Program-made: the position numbers and the translations under genes | Shown: piece by piece, positions 41,325 through 52,667 of the stretch | Numbering within the stretch: the stretch's first letter is position 1 | Layout: every line of letters starts with the position of its first letter | Notes under the pieces: generated by a model | The model's input: only the letters and a program-made list of their open reading frames with translations | What the model was told of the DNA's origin: nothing | The model's database searches: none | Source: Trypanosoma brucei | Taxonomy: Eukaryota | Reading direction: 5' to 3' | DNA length: 64,000 nucleotides | Assembly (NCBI GenBank): GCA_000002445.1 | Contig: CM000207.1 | Coordinates: forward strand, 544,001 to 608,000

Positions 41325-42805
41325 AATAACACGACACCTGTGCATCAAAGCATGTGTACGCCGATAAGGAAAGAGACACTGGCAACAATCAGTAGCTAAG
41401 CCACCACAAACAGAGTAGGAAAGGAAAGAGAAAAAGAGAAGGCGAGAAAAAACCGTAAATGTGCTTCGACCATCGACCTCCTTCGATTAGTGTTGTTGTG
41501 GACCACAAAAAGGCCAAAGAAAAGAAGGATGCCAGTGAATTTAAAAAGAAAATTTCATGGCAACGATAAATGTAGGTGAAGTGGGCGGAATCATTTGCAT
41601 TGCATTCGCTTGCTTGCCCACTGAGTACAAGGGAAAGCAACAACAAAAAAGGGGAGAGGAAGCGAGGAGAGAAGGAAAAACAGCCGACATTCAGAAGTGT
41701 GTCGTGAAAAGAGGGAAGAGCGACAACAACTGCAAAAAGCAGTAGAACAAAGGTATATATATATATATAGTCCCCTCCAAACTCCCTAGAACCACACAAA
41801 CAAAAACGGTGGAAGTCAAACTATTTCCCTCGTTCTCACTCATATTTTTAAGCACTCAAGCGCATGTACATTCTACAATTATAACGGGGTCTATATTGAT
41901 CCCATGCAACCCGCTGACGGCACCGCTACCCTCACCGTCTCGTAACATGCTCAGTTACGCCATCAATACCCAGCCCCATGAACCGTTTTTATCCTCCCTG
42001 TGTTGCTTCGCTTCTGACGCACATAGATAAAGTGGAACAGGGATAAAAATAAACTCCCTTCCGGCAACAAGTCATTTTTTCACCTCTTATAACAGTCTAC
42101 AACCTTCTCCGTCCCACACCCACACCATCATTATCATTATCTTCGGTTTTTCAACTTTATCACCATCATCTTTTCACTCACACGACACACAAACCTTCAA
42201 CCCCCCCCCCACACACACACACCACACTCTAATACAACCACATCACATGCTCCAAAGAGCCTTTCACCTTATCCTCGTGATTACAAACAGCAACAAAAAG
42301 ACGCACTCCTATTCGTTTTCACTCCTTCGCTCCTACTCCAATTCCCTTTTTGCACCGAATCAAACAGCAATACTTACACGAGCCGACAAAAAACAGTGAG
42401 ACACCGGGGGCAGCGGTGGCGGTAAAGTAAAGTGAAGTTGAAGTGAAGGGGAAAAACAAACAAACGGACAAAAAAGAAGGGAGGAAGCAGTCATTCAGCT
42501 GCTGGACAAAATAAAAAGTAAAGGTTGTATAACAAGAAGTGCTCCTATAGGGTACAGCTGCTGTGCGCACATTTGACGAAGATAAGGAAAAAGGTGGTGT
42601 GGTGACGCGAACAGAGTGTGGCGGGGGGGGCATGGAAAAAAATAAGTGGATGTCGACATCTCCCTTCCCGAATATCCAAACAAAGTACACCAAACGAAGG
42701 GGAAAACAACAGTTATACATACCTACTTCAATCAATAGATTACCTTAATGGTTGAACAAGATTATAAGGTACCTCCCCTTCCCTCTTTCCTCTTCACTAA
42801 CTTTC

Positions 42806-45800
42806 TCATACGTAGCGCTCAGCAAACTTCAACAAGGGACCATCGAACTGCGCCCACTGGTAAAAGTCTGGTAATCCACCAACAACGGCACCAGGTTCAG
42901 TGAATGGCGTGGAAGATATGTTAGATGCTACCGAAGGGGATATTGTGCGGCACCGGCCATTAACTTCGCCTGCTTCCTGCCCTGACAAGTTCAATTTCGG
43001 CGTTGGTGTGCCCGCTTGCGCGTCAGTGTGTGCGCTCTCGCGGTACTGTCGGTAATATTTCGCCGCATCAATCAACAATTTGACACCCGATGGTTTTTCA
43101 TCCTGCGCGGCACGAAATGAGGAAACTCCCGCCGCAACAGCGTTACCCGATGGGGGCCCGCCTCCATTCACAGAGGCAGACGCACTGCCTTCCGTTCCCA
43201 AGCCAGAAGAGTCACCACCACCACCACCGTGCAGGGCAACCTTTTTGGCAAGTTGCCGCTCGTACTCCTCCACAGCATTCCATGACATAAGCTGCAGGGC
43301 TGCGGTAAGCAAAAACAATGGAGCGCAATAATACCCGCAAGGAGGAACACCGGTAGCACCTATATCCCTGCGGTGTCCAGGGTCAGGTACACCGTCCCTA
43401 AAGCACGGCATAAACCAAACATCAGCACGACATCGATTAGGGATGATACCAACAACTGGAATACGTGCGTAGAATGGTTGATCCGCAGATTGTAAAGTTG
43501 GACCGCAGTGGGAACCGAGGGAAGCAGTGTTGGTGGTTGAATCCACAAAGGAGAGCGATGGACTTGTATGTGTCGTCTCGTGAGCCACACCACTTGTAAT
43601 GGAGGCTTCACGGGCAGCCGCTGCATCCGCGCTGCTGCCATTCAAATCCACAGGCTTCTCGAAATTTGAGACGACGGCCGAACCCCCCGCAGCAATACCA
43701 CCAGCGGCTACGGAGGGTGATAAGGCTGGCGAAAGGGGTGCGGTGCAACCTGGAGACGCTGATTTCGGTGTCTGTGCTGTTGTTTGCTCTGCCACTGACA
43801 CTTCCCGCCGTGACGGGGCCCACATATCCCACCGTAAGGCTGCTCGGTCAGCACGAAAAACGGGACTCATCCAGCTCTTGTTCATGCATTCAAGAGCACT
43901 CGAAGACTGTGATAACGGCGCGATCTCATGACGTGGCGGCCGCGGTGCATAATAAACAATGAAACTGCCGCAATTGTGCTTGGCACAGTGGTTTTGATCG
44001 AACACAGGCCTCCAGAGCACAGCAATCCATGACTGGTAATCAAGTTCTGTGACGTTAGCAGTAAGAAGTACGGAATAGCGTGGATCCTGCGCGGCAAGAT
44101 CACGCACTTGCTCTAACACAAGGCTTCGTTGGTCAGGGCGTTCCGCGGCACCCCACGTGAGCCACCCCACACCGGAGCTATCATCCATCTCTTCTGATCC
44201 GTCACGTACCGTCGAAGCTGTTTCTACTGATCCCCTAGGTGTGGCACAATCCTTACCAGTTGCCGATTTTGTTATAGCAGGGTAGGTGCACGCAAGCGGG
44301 GGCTCATGGTCAGTATCCCCTTGGCCACTTTCCCCGGTGCAGACGCACGTCGGTGAAGTGCGGCCGCTAGCTGGCCGTCGTTGGAAGGCGTTACAGGAAT
44401 CGTCCCCCGATCTCGACTGCATAGCCTTCAGTTCCGCGTAGGTAGCGGACGATTCAAGAAAACGAAGCCGAAAACCACTAAGAAACGGACTATACACCAC
44501 GGTTTCCTGCGGAAATCGCATCGGCGTGAGGGGAACCGGTTGCGCTAGCCGAACCGCGCAGGCAAATGGCATGTCCAGCGACTCCCATATACAACGCAGA
44601 GGGATTAAGGGTTCAACAAACGTTGGAGGGTGACCTCCTCGAGATGGCGTGCGTTCCTCATTGCCGGGTGTTGCACTTTTTGGTGATGCAGTAGGCGACT
44701 CGACAAGGCGGGTGGCTAAAAGGATGGGAGAAACAGCACAGACAAATGAAACGATATTCCCGTAAACTTGCGGTTCAAATGGGATGTCGGCACCCCCCTC
44801 ATCAAAGAGATCCTCCAGTGCTCCATGTTGCTCATACATCGGAGGGTGGAGTGGCAAATGTCGGGCGTGGCCTGGTGCCCGCGCGTGACTCCACGGGCTT
44901 GCACTGCTTGGTGTCTGGGCTGTAGCCCTCCCGCCCCCATCCCCACATGTCAACCCCGACATTTGTGTGGGGCTTCCCTCTAACGGTTGCCGCCGGTGTT
45001 GAGAAGTAGGTGACTTCCACATGTAATTACCCGCAACACTCCTCACCGTTTCGTGGCCCCCTCCACCAGCAAGCAGGACGGGGCCCGACCGCTCACCACT
45101 CGCACATGATTCTGTGCAGGAGTAACCACCCTGATAAGCGATGCCCACTGCTATATTTGACCGATAGTGCTGCAAATCTTTAGGGGGTACGGGTTCCCAC
45201 TGCGATGCTCGGTGTGCTGTCGGAGACTTGTGTGAGCATCCTTGGTGATGCTTCGTCCCCAATGCTTCTGCTGCGGGAGGCCCACAAGTGGGAGACACAC
45301 CCGTCGGCGTATGTCCGAATAGGTTTGTTGGCTCCCCATACGGCTGCCTCTGATTGTGCAACATTTCCGTGTCGTGACCGTGATCACCAAGCATTGTTAG
45401 CGCTGGTGGTTTCAACTCTTGATTGCAAGAGATACATAGATTTCCCTCCCTTGCCTTCGGTTTCCCTTGATCGGTTTGACTTGTTTTTTGCCCAGCAGTA
45501 ACTTCGCACCCTGCGGCTCCCTGTTCATCTACCTTCCCAGGTAACTTGTTAGTTTTCTCCGTAGTGTTTATCTTGGTAGAGGCATACGACTCACCCTGTC
45601 CGCCGTTTTCACCCAGAGGGAACAAACCATCACTCTTATATTGACATGCATTTTGGTTACACCGTTTCCCAGCGTCGTTTGGGTGTAGGGGAAGTCCCCG
45701 GTGACCACCTTCGTCCAGCGAACAATGTTTTGTCCCCCCAAACGTCCTATTGTTTTCCCTGCTTCCGTCGTTGGAATTTTTACCATGACTATTTCTTCTT

Positions 45801-46942
45801 TCATTCAGATACCTAGAATCTCCAGGTGGGCCCGCAACACTTTTTTCTGTTTCCACACTTCGATCCAGAGCATCAGAACAATCCTCCTGACCAACCCCTG
45901 GTCCCCGCATGCTTCCCTCAACGAAAAAAGGAGGAGTTTCCCTAGAAGTGGAGCCGTCACCAGTATCACACCTCCTCCCGTCAACGTATGATGGAATGAT
46001 GCCCTTATTACCTCCACTCACCGCGGAGTCCGAGGGAAGCATCACACGCTCGTCGGTGCGTGGAGCTTCCCCGTAGAAGAACGTTGGAGGAGATGGATTT
46101 ATTGTGCCCCCAAAACACTGTTGGTGGTGACTATTGTGGTGAAAATTGTGATAGACCTGGTGTGGTTGATGATAACGATGTTGCTGCTGCTGCTGGTGCT
46201 CTCTATAGCGGTTCTGCTCATCCATCTGCTGACGAATTTGGTGGTATATGTAGGCGTCATCGTTGGTGGAAGGACCAGTTGCTATGGCAGTTGGGGCTGA
46301 TCGTGACAGGTAGCCGTAATGACGCGGGGTTGATCGCCACTGGTGGTTGTGACCATTGCCACTTGTACCTAACATGGCCGGCGCCAAAAGCGGTGGAACC
46401 AACCCTCCACAACCTGGTGGGGGCATACCAACAAATGGAGGAACCTGATGGAACGGACCCACCCGCTGCTGAGAAGGATTTTGCACACAATTTTCCATTG
46501 ACATATCCACAAACGAAGTTGCATCTGGAAGGGGAAGCGGTTGTGGCGGCTGCGGCACCGGGCGCGGACCTTCCCCAAATTGACCCCACCGATGTACCTG
46601 CTGACCAGATACCATTGAGGACTCAGCGGACCCCGGCGATGCGGCAACGCACGGGGCCCTTTGAGCAATTTTCATTAGCCATGGGCGCTGCGATTGCGAT
46701 GGTTGTTTCTGTTGCGGTTGATGTTTCTGAAAACTTGGTATGGGACCGCCTATAAGTGCCGGGGGTCCACTACGACACGTTGGTGCCTCCACGAAGACTC
46801 TCGAACAGTCTCCATTTCCCGCTGATGCGTCCATAACACACTGAAGGCCGTCCGCGCTACTACTACTAAGCTGACTCTTCGATGAAACATCACATGATAA
46901 CGGGGCAGTTACACCCTTCTCCACGTAAGTGTAGTTTAGCAT
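42806..46942 (-). CDS. Hypothetical large Q/H/P/G-rich low-complexity protein.
   Basis: It is a 1378-aa minus-strand ORF with an ATG start. It has long poly-Q/H and proline-rich stretches typical of trypanosome regulatory proteins. One more ordered region lies around GSFIVYYAPRPPRHEIAPL, and I recognised no known motif. Confidence 0.65.
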   Translation of the reverse strand: MLNYTYVEKGVTAPLSCDVSSKSQLSSSSADGLQCVMDASAGNGDCSRVFVEAPTCRSGPPALIGGPIPSFQKHQPQQKQPSQSQRPWLMKIAQRAPCVAASPGSAESSMVSGQQVHRWGQFGEGPRPVPQPPQPLPLPDATSFVDMSMENCVQNPSQQRVGPFHQVPPFVGMPPPGCGGLVPPLLAPAMLGTSGNGHNHQWRSTPRHYGYLSRSAPTAIATGPSTNDDAYIYHQIRQQMDEQNRYREHQQQQQHRYHQPHQVYHNFHHNSHHQQCFGGTINPSPPTFFYGEAPRTDERVMLPSDSAVSGGNKGIIPSYVDGRRCDTGDGSTSRETPPFFVEGSMRGPGVGQEDCSDALDRSVETEKSVAGPPGDSRYLNERRNSHGKNSNDGSRENNRTFGGTKHCSLDEGGHRGLPLHPNDAGKRCNQNACQYKSDGLFPLGENGGQGESYASTKINTTEKTNKLPGKVDEQGAAGCEVTAGQKTSQTDQGKPKAREGNLCISCNQELKPPALTMLGDHGHDTEMLHNQRQPYGEPTNLFGHTPTGVSPTCGPPAAEALGTKHHQGCSHKSPTAHRASQWEPVPPKDLQHYRSNIAVGIAYQGGYSCTESCASGERSGPVLLAGGGGHETVRSVAGNYMWKSPTSQHRRQPLEGSPTQMSGLTCGDGGGRATAQTPSSASPWSHARAPGHARHLPLHPPMYEQHGALEDLFDEGGADIPFEPQVYGNIVSFVCAVSPILLATRLVESPTASPKSATPGNEERTPSRGGHPPTFVEPLIPLRCIWESLDMPFACAVRLAQPVPLTPMRFPQETVVYSPFLSGFRLRFLESSATYAELKAMQSRSGDDSCNAFQRRPASGRTSPTCVCTGESGQGDTDHEPPLACTYPAITKSATGKDCATPRGSVETASTVRDGSEEMDDSSGVGWLTWGAAERPDQRSLVLEQVRDLAAQDPRYSVLLTANVTELDYQSWIAVLWRPVFDQNHCAKHNCGSFIVYYAPRPPRHEIAPLSQSSSALECMNKSWMSPVFRADRAALRWDMWAPSRREVSVAEQTTAQTPKSASPGCTAPLSPALSPSVAAGGIAAGGSAVVSNFEKPVDLNGSSADAAAAREASITSGVAHETTHTSPSLSFVDSTTNTASLGSHCGPTLQSADQPFYARIPVVGIIPNRCRADVWFMPCFRDGVPDPGHRRDIGATGVPPCGYYCAPLFLLTAALQLMSWNAVEEYERQLAKKVALHGGGGGDSSGLGTEGSASASVNGGGPPSGNAVAAGVSSFRAAQDEKPSGVKLLIDAAKYYRQYRESAHTDAQAGTPTPKLNLSGQEAGEVNGRCRTISPSVASNISSTPFTEPGAVVGGLPDFYQWAQFDGPLLKFAERYV

Positions 46943-47218
46943 GTGAACTCACTAGAGAGACATCAAAAGAATGTACAGCGTTATAGTGTTACAAAAAGGA
47001 GAAAAGAAGAAAAGAGAAGGGAAGAGAAACGAATCAGTGGCCGGAGCAAAGGAAGATCAAGTGCCGAGAAATAAAACGAATACAACGGTGTCCCTCGATG
47101 CGAACTCGTTGTGTGGGCACCCACACAGCAGAGCAGAAAAAAAATGTGGTTATTTTCTCTTTCTTTTTTCAACCTATGTTACACACCGGGAGACATCAGG
47201 CTGTGGATATACATGCAC

Positions 47219-47250
<32 letters not shown>

Positions 47251-47271
47251 TTATATTTATTTATTTATTTA
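47219..47271. repeat. Compound (TA)n / (TATATT)n / (ATTT)n microsatellite.
   Basis: Read directly. Confidence 0.9.
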
Positions 47272-47879
47272 CGTAATAACGTACCTCTCTTTTCTCATTC
47301 CTAAACGGCCATTGGAGCTCCTCTGATCACCTCCAACTCCTCTTCACCTTCTTTTATTACCCCTACCCGAAGTGCTGCACGCACAGGCGTTTGAGAGTTT
47401 CCCCCATAATGACCCATAATGGAGTAATATACTCAGCATGGCACGATCTGACCTTACCACTTCTTATCAAAACTCCATTTGCTTCCTTCCCCTCCTTTAT
47501 CTCTTCTCTACTATCAGGAGGACGAAACAAACTCAATCCGCGCTTTCATCCTCTTCACACCAAACCTCTACACCCGTGTTCATCATTATTATCAATCCAC
47601 CTCATTAACCTTCCTTCTCTTCGCTCTGTTATTCAAATATATACACACCACAACTATCAGATCCGCACACATACACATACACACCTTCTTTTTTTTTCCT
47701 TCCTTCCTTCCTGTTATTCTCAACTTTACAGTCACATCGCTTTATTTTTGCCCACCTCTTCTTCCTTCCCACCACTTTCCCTGATTTATGTACCTCTTTC
47801 AGGTGCTTCTATCCATCAGAGGAATCTGAAATGTTTTTCCGGTGCATATCTTCTCTGGACTCGTAATATATTTTTGGTG

Positions 47880-48345
47880 GGCAAAAACATACGGAATGAA
47901 GGGGGAAAAAAAAAAGTACCAAGAAGGGGAAAGGGGGGGAAAAAGAAGTGAAAAAATCATTCAAATGATTTGCGTGTACATCCTCACCAGCCGCCAGGAG
48001 ATAAAAATCACAAGAGGTGCCTTTCAGCAACGGCGTGTTAGAGCACTTCAAAAAAAAAAAAAGAGGGAACATATGGAGTGGAGTGGAGTGGTGAACAACC
48101 TGAAGAGGTTGGCCAAAGAAAGAAATTTGAGAAAAAAAAAAAGAAGAAGCAAAAGGAATTCTCCACACAAAAAAAAAAAGAGGGGGGAGGTGATGGAGAA
48201 GAGGGGGGGAAAGAGTTTAAAAGAGGAAACCAAAGGTGTAAAACAACAAAGCGAAAAGACGGTAAACAAAAAAAGGAAGGAGGGAGAAAACGGACAAAGA
48301 GCAAGGAGTAACAAGAAAGAAAAGAACAAAATAGAGCAAACGTGA
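47880..48345 (-). promoter_or_regulatory. Extended polypyrimidine tract on the coding (minus) strand, lying between the EB1 stop and the start of the downstream Q/H-rich gene. It is a candidate coupled polyadenylation and trans-splicing signal region.
   Basis: About 460 nt of almost pure A/G on the plus strand (gaagggggaaaaaaaaaag...ggaaggagggagaaaacggacaaagagcaaggag) equals C/T on the transcribed strand. The kinetoplastid coupling of polyY tracts to SL addition and upstream polyadenylation is established knowledge. Which acceptor AG is actually used cannot be read from sequence. Confidence 0.4.
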
Positions 48346-48862
48346 GCTAACCCCATTTTTTTTTGTCCTTTCACCACATAAAAGCAAACTCCAGATCAAA
48401 AAAAATTAAAAAACACGTATGTCTCTCTCTCCCTAGTTTCCCCTTGTTTTCCTCTCCTTTCCTTCCCTCTTTTGTTATTTCTATTTTTGGTCCCTCATAT
48501 TTAAAAAAAAAAACAGAGGATTCTTAACAAACCCATAGCGCATGTCTGCATTTGCCGTCGTTTGCCCGTGAGCAAACGTACACCAAGCACACGCATACAC
48601 ACACGCAAACATCTATTGTTGGCACTCTTCGTTCCGTTTTTTTGTTTTCCACCTTTCACTTCCCGATGTTATTATTGTTGCTTTTTGATTGCCCTCGTTT
48701 ACTGTTGTTTTTTTTTTGATATGGAGGTCTTCCTCATATATTCTAATGATATAATCGTAATAATGAATAAAAAGAAGGTCAGTTGAGCTAAAATCCCATT
48801 CACAAATCGTATGTGTGGTGGGCTGAAACGAGAGGGTGCAAGAAAAAAAAAGAAACGATCAC

Positions 48863-48888
48863 AAACACACACACACACACACACACAC
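48863..48888. repeat. (CA)13 microsatellite.
   Basis: Read directly: acacacacacacacacacacacacac. Confidence 0.95.
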
Positions 48889-49114
48889 GAGGAGAAAGGC
48901 ACGGGCTTGCACCGCACGTACATATGTAAATATATATAAGCAGAGAGCAACAGATAAAAAAATTGTGGCATATGAACACAAAAAGGGAAAGAAGAAACAT
49001 GAGCACATATTCGCTCGTATTAACTTCGCCTCCTCCCCCCTTACAAACATACACCCACTCGCGTGTCTCAATGCATAAGTAAGTAGCCGTAGAACCACTA
49101 GGGACAGTAGGAGC

Positions 49115-50725
49115 TTACTCTGCAGCGTACAATACATCCAACAATGCGGTCACCAATGTACGCGTCGAGCGGTCTGTGGATGACTCATCGACTAGAGGTA
49201 AAACAATAGCCTCCACCTGCCTCAACTTGTCGTAGTAAAACTGTCGCTCTCTAGTGGCTTTAAGCAATGCTGCTGCTGCCACCGCGGAGTCACCCTCGCT
49301 GCTGCTTTCCCCGCGGCTCCCTGAGCGTGACATTCCCGCTGACATGGAAGGTGTTGCCGCCGACACCGATTGCAGAAGCTTCCCTGACGCATTTTTCGAC
49401 ATCAGGGGTGATACTATCATCTCCACTGAAGCATGGGGGTCAACCGCACACCGTTCCCTCACATTTGAAGGATTCACCACACCGGAAAGGGAGTTTCTGC
49501 TCCTTACCGCGGTCCTCACAGGGGTAGTACCACCAGGCCGGCACGTGCGTTCGGAGATGTCGCCGCTACCACTAAGAACACCAGAACTGCTACCTGCATT
49601 ATTAGTCTTAGGCGGTATCATCGGTTGGTCACGGCCCCTGCGCACAATGTTGGGCCCCACAGCGCCTGACTTGGTTGTTGTAGCTTCTCCCATCGGAGTC
49701 ATATCCTTGTCATCGGTGGTGGATTCACTCGTCGATAACGGCGGTGTCTGCTTGTCCTCTACGGCTGCCGCTGCCTCGCCCGCAAACGCGGTACGGGGGC
49801 GAAACCCACTTCCCTCTTTCCCTGGTAGTGAGTGGCGGGGATTCGAGCGGCCGCGCATCGTGGGGGACTGTTGCGTAGCTCCACGTGGGCCGGTACTGTT
49901 CGTGTCCAGAAGCCGCCGCGCCCCGGCAGGGGTTGTGACCCTTGACCTATCCACAGGGGTGGACGTCCGTCTGGATATGGGAGACTTCTTTATACCATCC
50001 ACTGGTGCAGTGTGAAGTGTGGAAGTGCTCACAGCAGCAGGACCTTGAATGACGGGAGGCTCAGTGGATGGCGTTAACTTGCCCGAGCAACACACAGAAG
50101 TCGTTCGTGGAGATCCCCTCTTCAGCCCGGGGGCATCCCCGCGAGACGGTAACACTGCGCGGGAAGCTGCCGGTTTATCGTCGTTGGTGCCGACAGAGGT
50201 GCTATGCTGGCTCTGCTCAGAGATCAGTGACGCATCCTCTGAAGCATCGCAGTGGCGATACCTTGGTTGCCGCTGATATCCCGTCTCACCACTGTACTCC
50301 CCCCGACCGTTCTGCGGCATAAGCACATCACCAAGGCCACGGAACCACTGCAAGAGCTGCAGGTTGGCCTGGAATGCACCTTTTATAAGCTTATCCACAT
50401 CGTCCACAAGCACCTCAGGGGGCGGAATGCCGTTCTTCTGTAGAGCATCAGCCATGAGCTTCAGGTTCGACACTGCTTCAAAGTCATGTCTTGCGGGTAC
50501 CTTAGCTCTTGCTATAAGAGCTGGATGCACGAACGGAAGCATCTGCGGAAGCAACAGCACGTATGGCACACCATTGCCGCAGTGCTCCACTTTGCGCAAT
50601 CGAGGCACTTCATAGCCTGAGGCCGTCACGTGAGGCATAAGGTCATTAAGCCACGCAAGAAGCTCGGTACGCGTTCCACGTGATGGAACAATGTTCACCA
50701 GCCCATGGGTATTGCGATGGTCCAT
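49115..50725 (-). CDS. EB1: EB1 microtubule plus-end-binding protein, with an N-terminal CH domain, a long S/T/P-rich linker and a C-terminal EB-homology domain.
   Basis: The ORF-track start at 50758 is a TTG; the first ATG is at 50725 (MDHRNTHGL...). The CH domain SRTELLAWLNDLM..VEHCGNGVPYVLLLPQMLPFVHPALIARAKVPARHDFEAVSNLKLM..QWFR aligns with human EB1 SRHDMLAWINESL...QWFK. The C-terminal ERQFYYDKLRQVEAIV matches the EBH motif ERDFYFGKLRNIELI. Confidence 0.85.
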   Translation of the reverse strand: MDHRNTHGLVNIVPSRGTRTELLAWLNDLMPHVTASGYEVPRLRKVEHCGNGVPYVLLLPQMLPFVHPALIARAKVPARHDFEAVSNLKLMADALQKNGIPPPEVLVDDVDKLIKGAFQANLQLLQWFRGLGDVLMPQNGRGEYSGETGYQRQPRYRHCDASEDASLISEQSQHSTSVGTNDDKPAASRAVLPSRGDAPGLKRGSPRTTSVCCSGKLTPSTEPPVIQGPAAVSTSTLHTAPVDGIKKSPISRRTSTPVDRSRVTTPAGARRLLDTNSTGPRGATQQSPTMRGRSNPRHSLPGKEGSGFRPRTAFAGEAAAAVEDKQTPPLSTSESTTDDKDMTPMGEATTTKSGAVGPNIVRRGRDQPMIPPKTNNAGSSSGVLSGSGDISERTCRPGGTTPVRTAVRSRNSLSGVVNPSNVRERCAVDPHASVEMIVSPLMSKNASGKLLQSVSAATPSMSAGMSRSGSRGESSSEGDSAVAAAALLKATRERQFYYDKLRQVEAIVLPLVDESSTDRSTRTLVTALLDVLYAAE

Positions 50726-51437
50726 CGGTAACGATAATAACGGGGACGGTGGTAACAACGGTTGCAGTTCTTTGGTCTTACTGCCTACTTCACCAAACTA
50801 TATAAAACTTTATATTTCTCACAATCCTCTTTCTTTATTTTTGTATATGTAGCCCATGTAAAATAAAAACGGAAAGAGAGAGGCTGCAGATGCGAAACCC
50901 CACCGCCTACAACATTTCGTGTGGAGAGGTACGAAGATGTGACTGAAACACCCCTTGGTTAAGGACATACAATTTAAGGGCATTAAGGGAATTGCCCTCC
51001 GCCGTCAGACTCGCAACATGTTGCGTGAACATATCCAGCATATAAGAATATGCATATCCATTGTTGTCAGCGCTCCCGGTTGCGGCCCTCCCCATGGTAC
51101 CATCTCCCATCATTTTATGAAAATGGCACTCAAAACATTTAGTTACGCGGCATCAACAACAAGTGCACGTTCCCCGCCTTCTTCCCCCCTACCCCAACAT
51201 TACATTCCTCGAGTCACGTCGGAGTATGCGAGGACACAAAACGCTACTTTTCTAAATTCGACAGGCCGTATCACTCCATAGCCACACTGGACCAAATTTG
51301 CCCTCGCTCTTCACAGCGTACTGTGTGCAATGGCACGTGCCTAGAAAGAGCAATCACGAAAAACTGTGGTTGTAAAAAGACTCACGATGTCAATCACCAT
51401 TTCGGTTTAATTTCCCCACTCAGTCAGACAACTCGCT

Positions 51438-51453
51438 TATATATATATATATA
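51438..51453. repeat. (TA)8 microsatellite, with a nearby (CA)8 at ~51505-51520.
   Basis: Read directly. Confidence 0.85.
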
Positions 51454-51638
51454 ACCAATATATCAGTGTCGGCCTTTCTAACGACCACCACCGTCCATTC
51501 CTTAACACACACACACACACCCTCACGCAAGGACGCGCTAGGAACAGAATGATAGGATGTAAACAAGTTTCCTTTGGTTGACCACGAGGTAACTACTCGA
51601 TGGACGAAACTACGCACGATGAATATTACCGGTAACAT

Positions 51639-52667
51639 CTAGCAGGGTGCCAATATACCGAGGCGCACAGTGGTACAATCCTCGGAGGGAACAAGCTCAC
51701 AGGGATGACGCCGGGCTACGTGTTTTAGCCAACGCTGCCGAGAGAGGAAGGTCGCCATGCAATCATCATACGGACATGTAAACGTAACGTTCTCTCCATA
51801 CGAGTGCAGACCAGCCTCCGCTGCCGAAATATTTAGCACTTCAGCCGAGTTAACATTCTGCTGGGCAGCAAAACTCTGAGCCACACCTGCACAGCGCCTT
51901 GAAACTATCAAGCGACTGCGCTTAGTTCTCTTGCGCAACGGGGACCCCTCGTCAGCGTCGCCACAAAGGTCAACAGAGAATACATCGTCATCGATACCAC
52001 AGTCGCCAAAAACATCATCGCGGAATGGACAATAGCACCTTAGATGCCGCTTCAACTGACGACGGTCGGCAAGTTCCTGTTCACAGTTTGGGCAAACGAA
52101 AAATGTATCAGCGGGACCAACGACAAACTCAGTGGGAGGAGGAGCACACGTGTTAACCCTAACTTGTGTGTTGTCTCGGTCGGACCAACTAAGTACACGA
52201 GGTGGGTTAGGCCTGGAAGAGCAGTGACGCTCATGCCTGGTCCGCTTCCCCTTACAGGAAAATCCAACGTTGCAAAAACGACAGTTTATTCCCTCATCAG
52301 AAGTGGTGGATGAAGCATTCGGTGCCCCTTCATTGCAATCTAAAGCTGCAGTTGACTGCCGAGGAGCGCTACCGGAAGATGCAGCCACCGGTGGCACTAC
52401 TACCTCAGGATGGAGGGTCCGAATATGTCTCTTCATGTTTGTGTTGGTTGTGAAGCCAACTAAGCACACATAGCACTTGTACGGCCTCTCCTTCGTATGA
52501 GTGAGGAGATGTCGGCGGAAATGCGTCCCACCGCTGCTGTCCGGGCTGCGCCTCGTGGTGTAACAGCAGTACGGACAGCGCATAATCAAGTTCCTGAGGC
52601 GCCGCCGCTTCCCAGAAACCGTCCGAGTGGGAACCTCCACTGCACCGCTGCAGCCTTCGTTATCCAT
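51639..52667 (-). CDS. Multi-C2H2 zinc-finger protein.
   Basis: It is a 342-aa ORF with an ATG start. At least five C-x2-C-x12-H-x3-5-H fingers are present, for example YKCYVCLVGFTTNTNMKRHIRTLH, FVCPNCEQELADRRQLKRHLRCYC and FTCPYDDCMATFLSRQRWLKHVARRH. Confidence 0.75.
   Translation of the reverse strand: MDNEGCSGAVEVPTRTVSGKRRRLRNLIMRCPYCCYTTRRSPDSSGGTHFRRHLLTHTKERPYKCYVCLVGFTTNTNMKRHIRTLHPEVVVPPVAASSGSAPRQSTAALDCNEGAPNASSTTSDEGINCRFCNVGFSCKGKRTRHERHCSSRPNPPRVLSWSDRDNTQVRVNTCAPPPTEFVVGPADTFFVCPNCEQELADRRQLKRHLRCYCPFRDDVFGDCGIDDDVFSVDLCGDADEGSPLRKRTKRSRLIVSRRCAGVAQSFAAQQNVNSAEVLNISAAEAGLHSYGENVTFTCPYDDCMATFLSRQRWLKHVARRHPCELVPSEDCTTVRLGILAPC

Noticed and set aside
47842-48345. A plus-strand 167-aa ORF rich in K/E/G (MHIFSGLVIYFWWAKTYGMKGEKKKYQEGERGG...).
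   Set aside because: It is the translation of a homopurine (A/G) tract, so it yields K/E/G/R-only low complexity. It is interpreted as the intergenic polypyrimidine signal on the transcribed strand.
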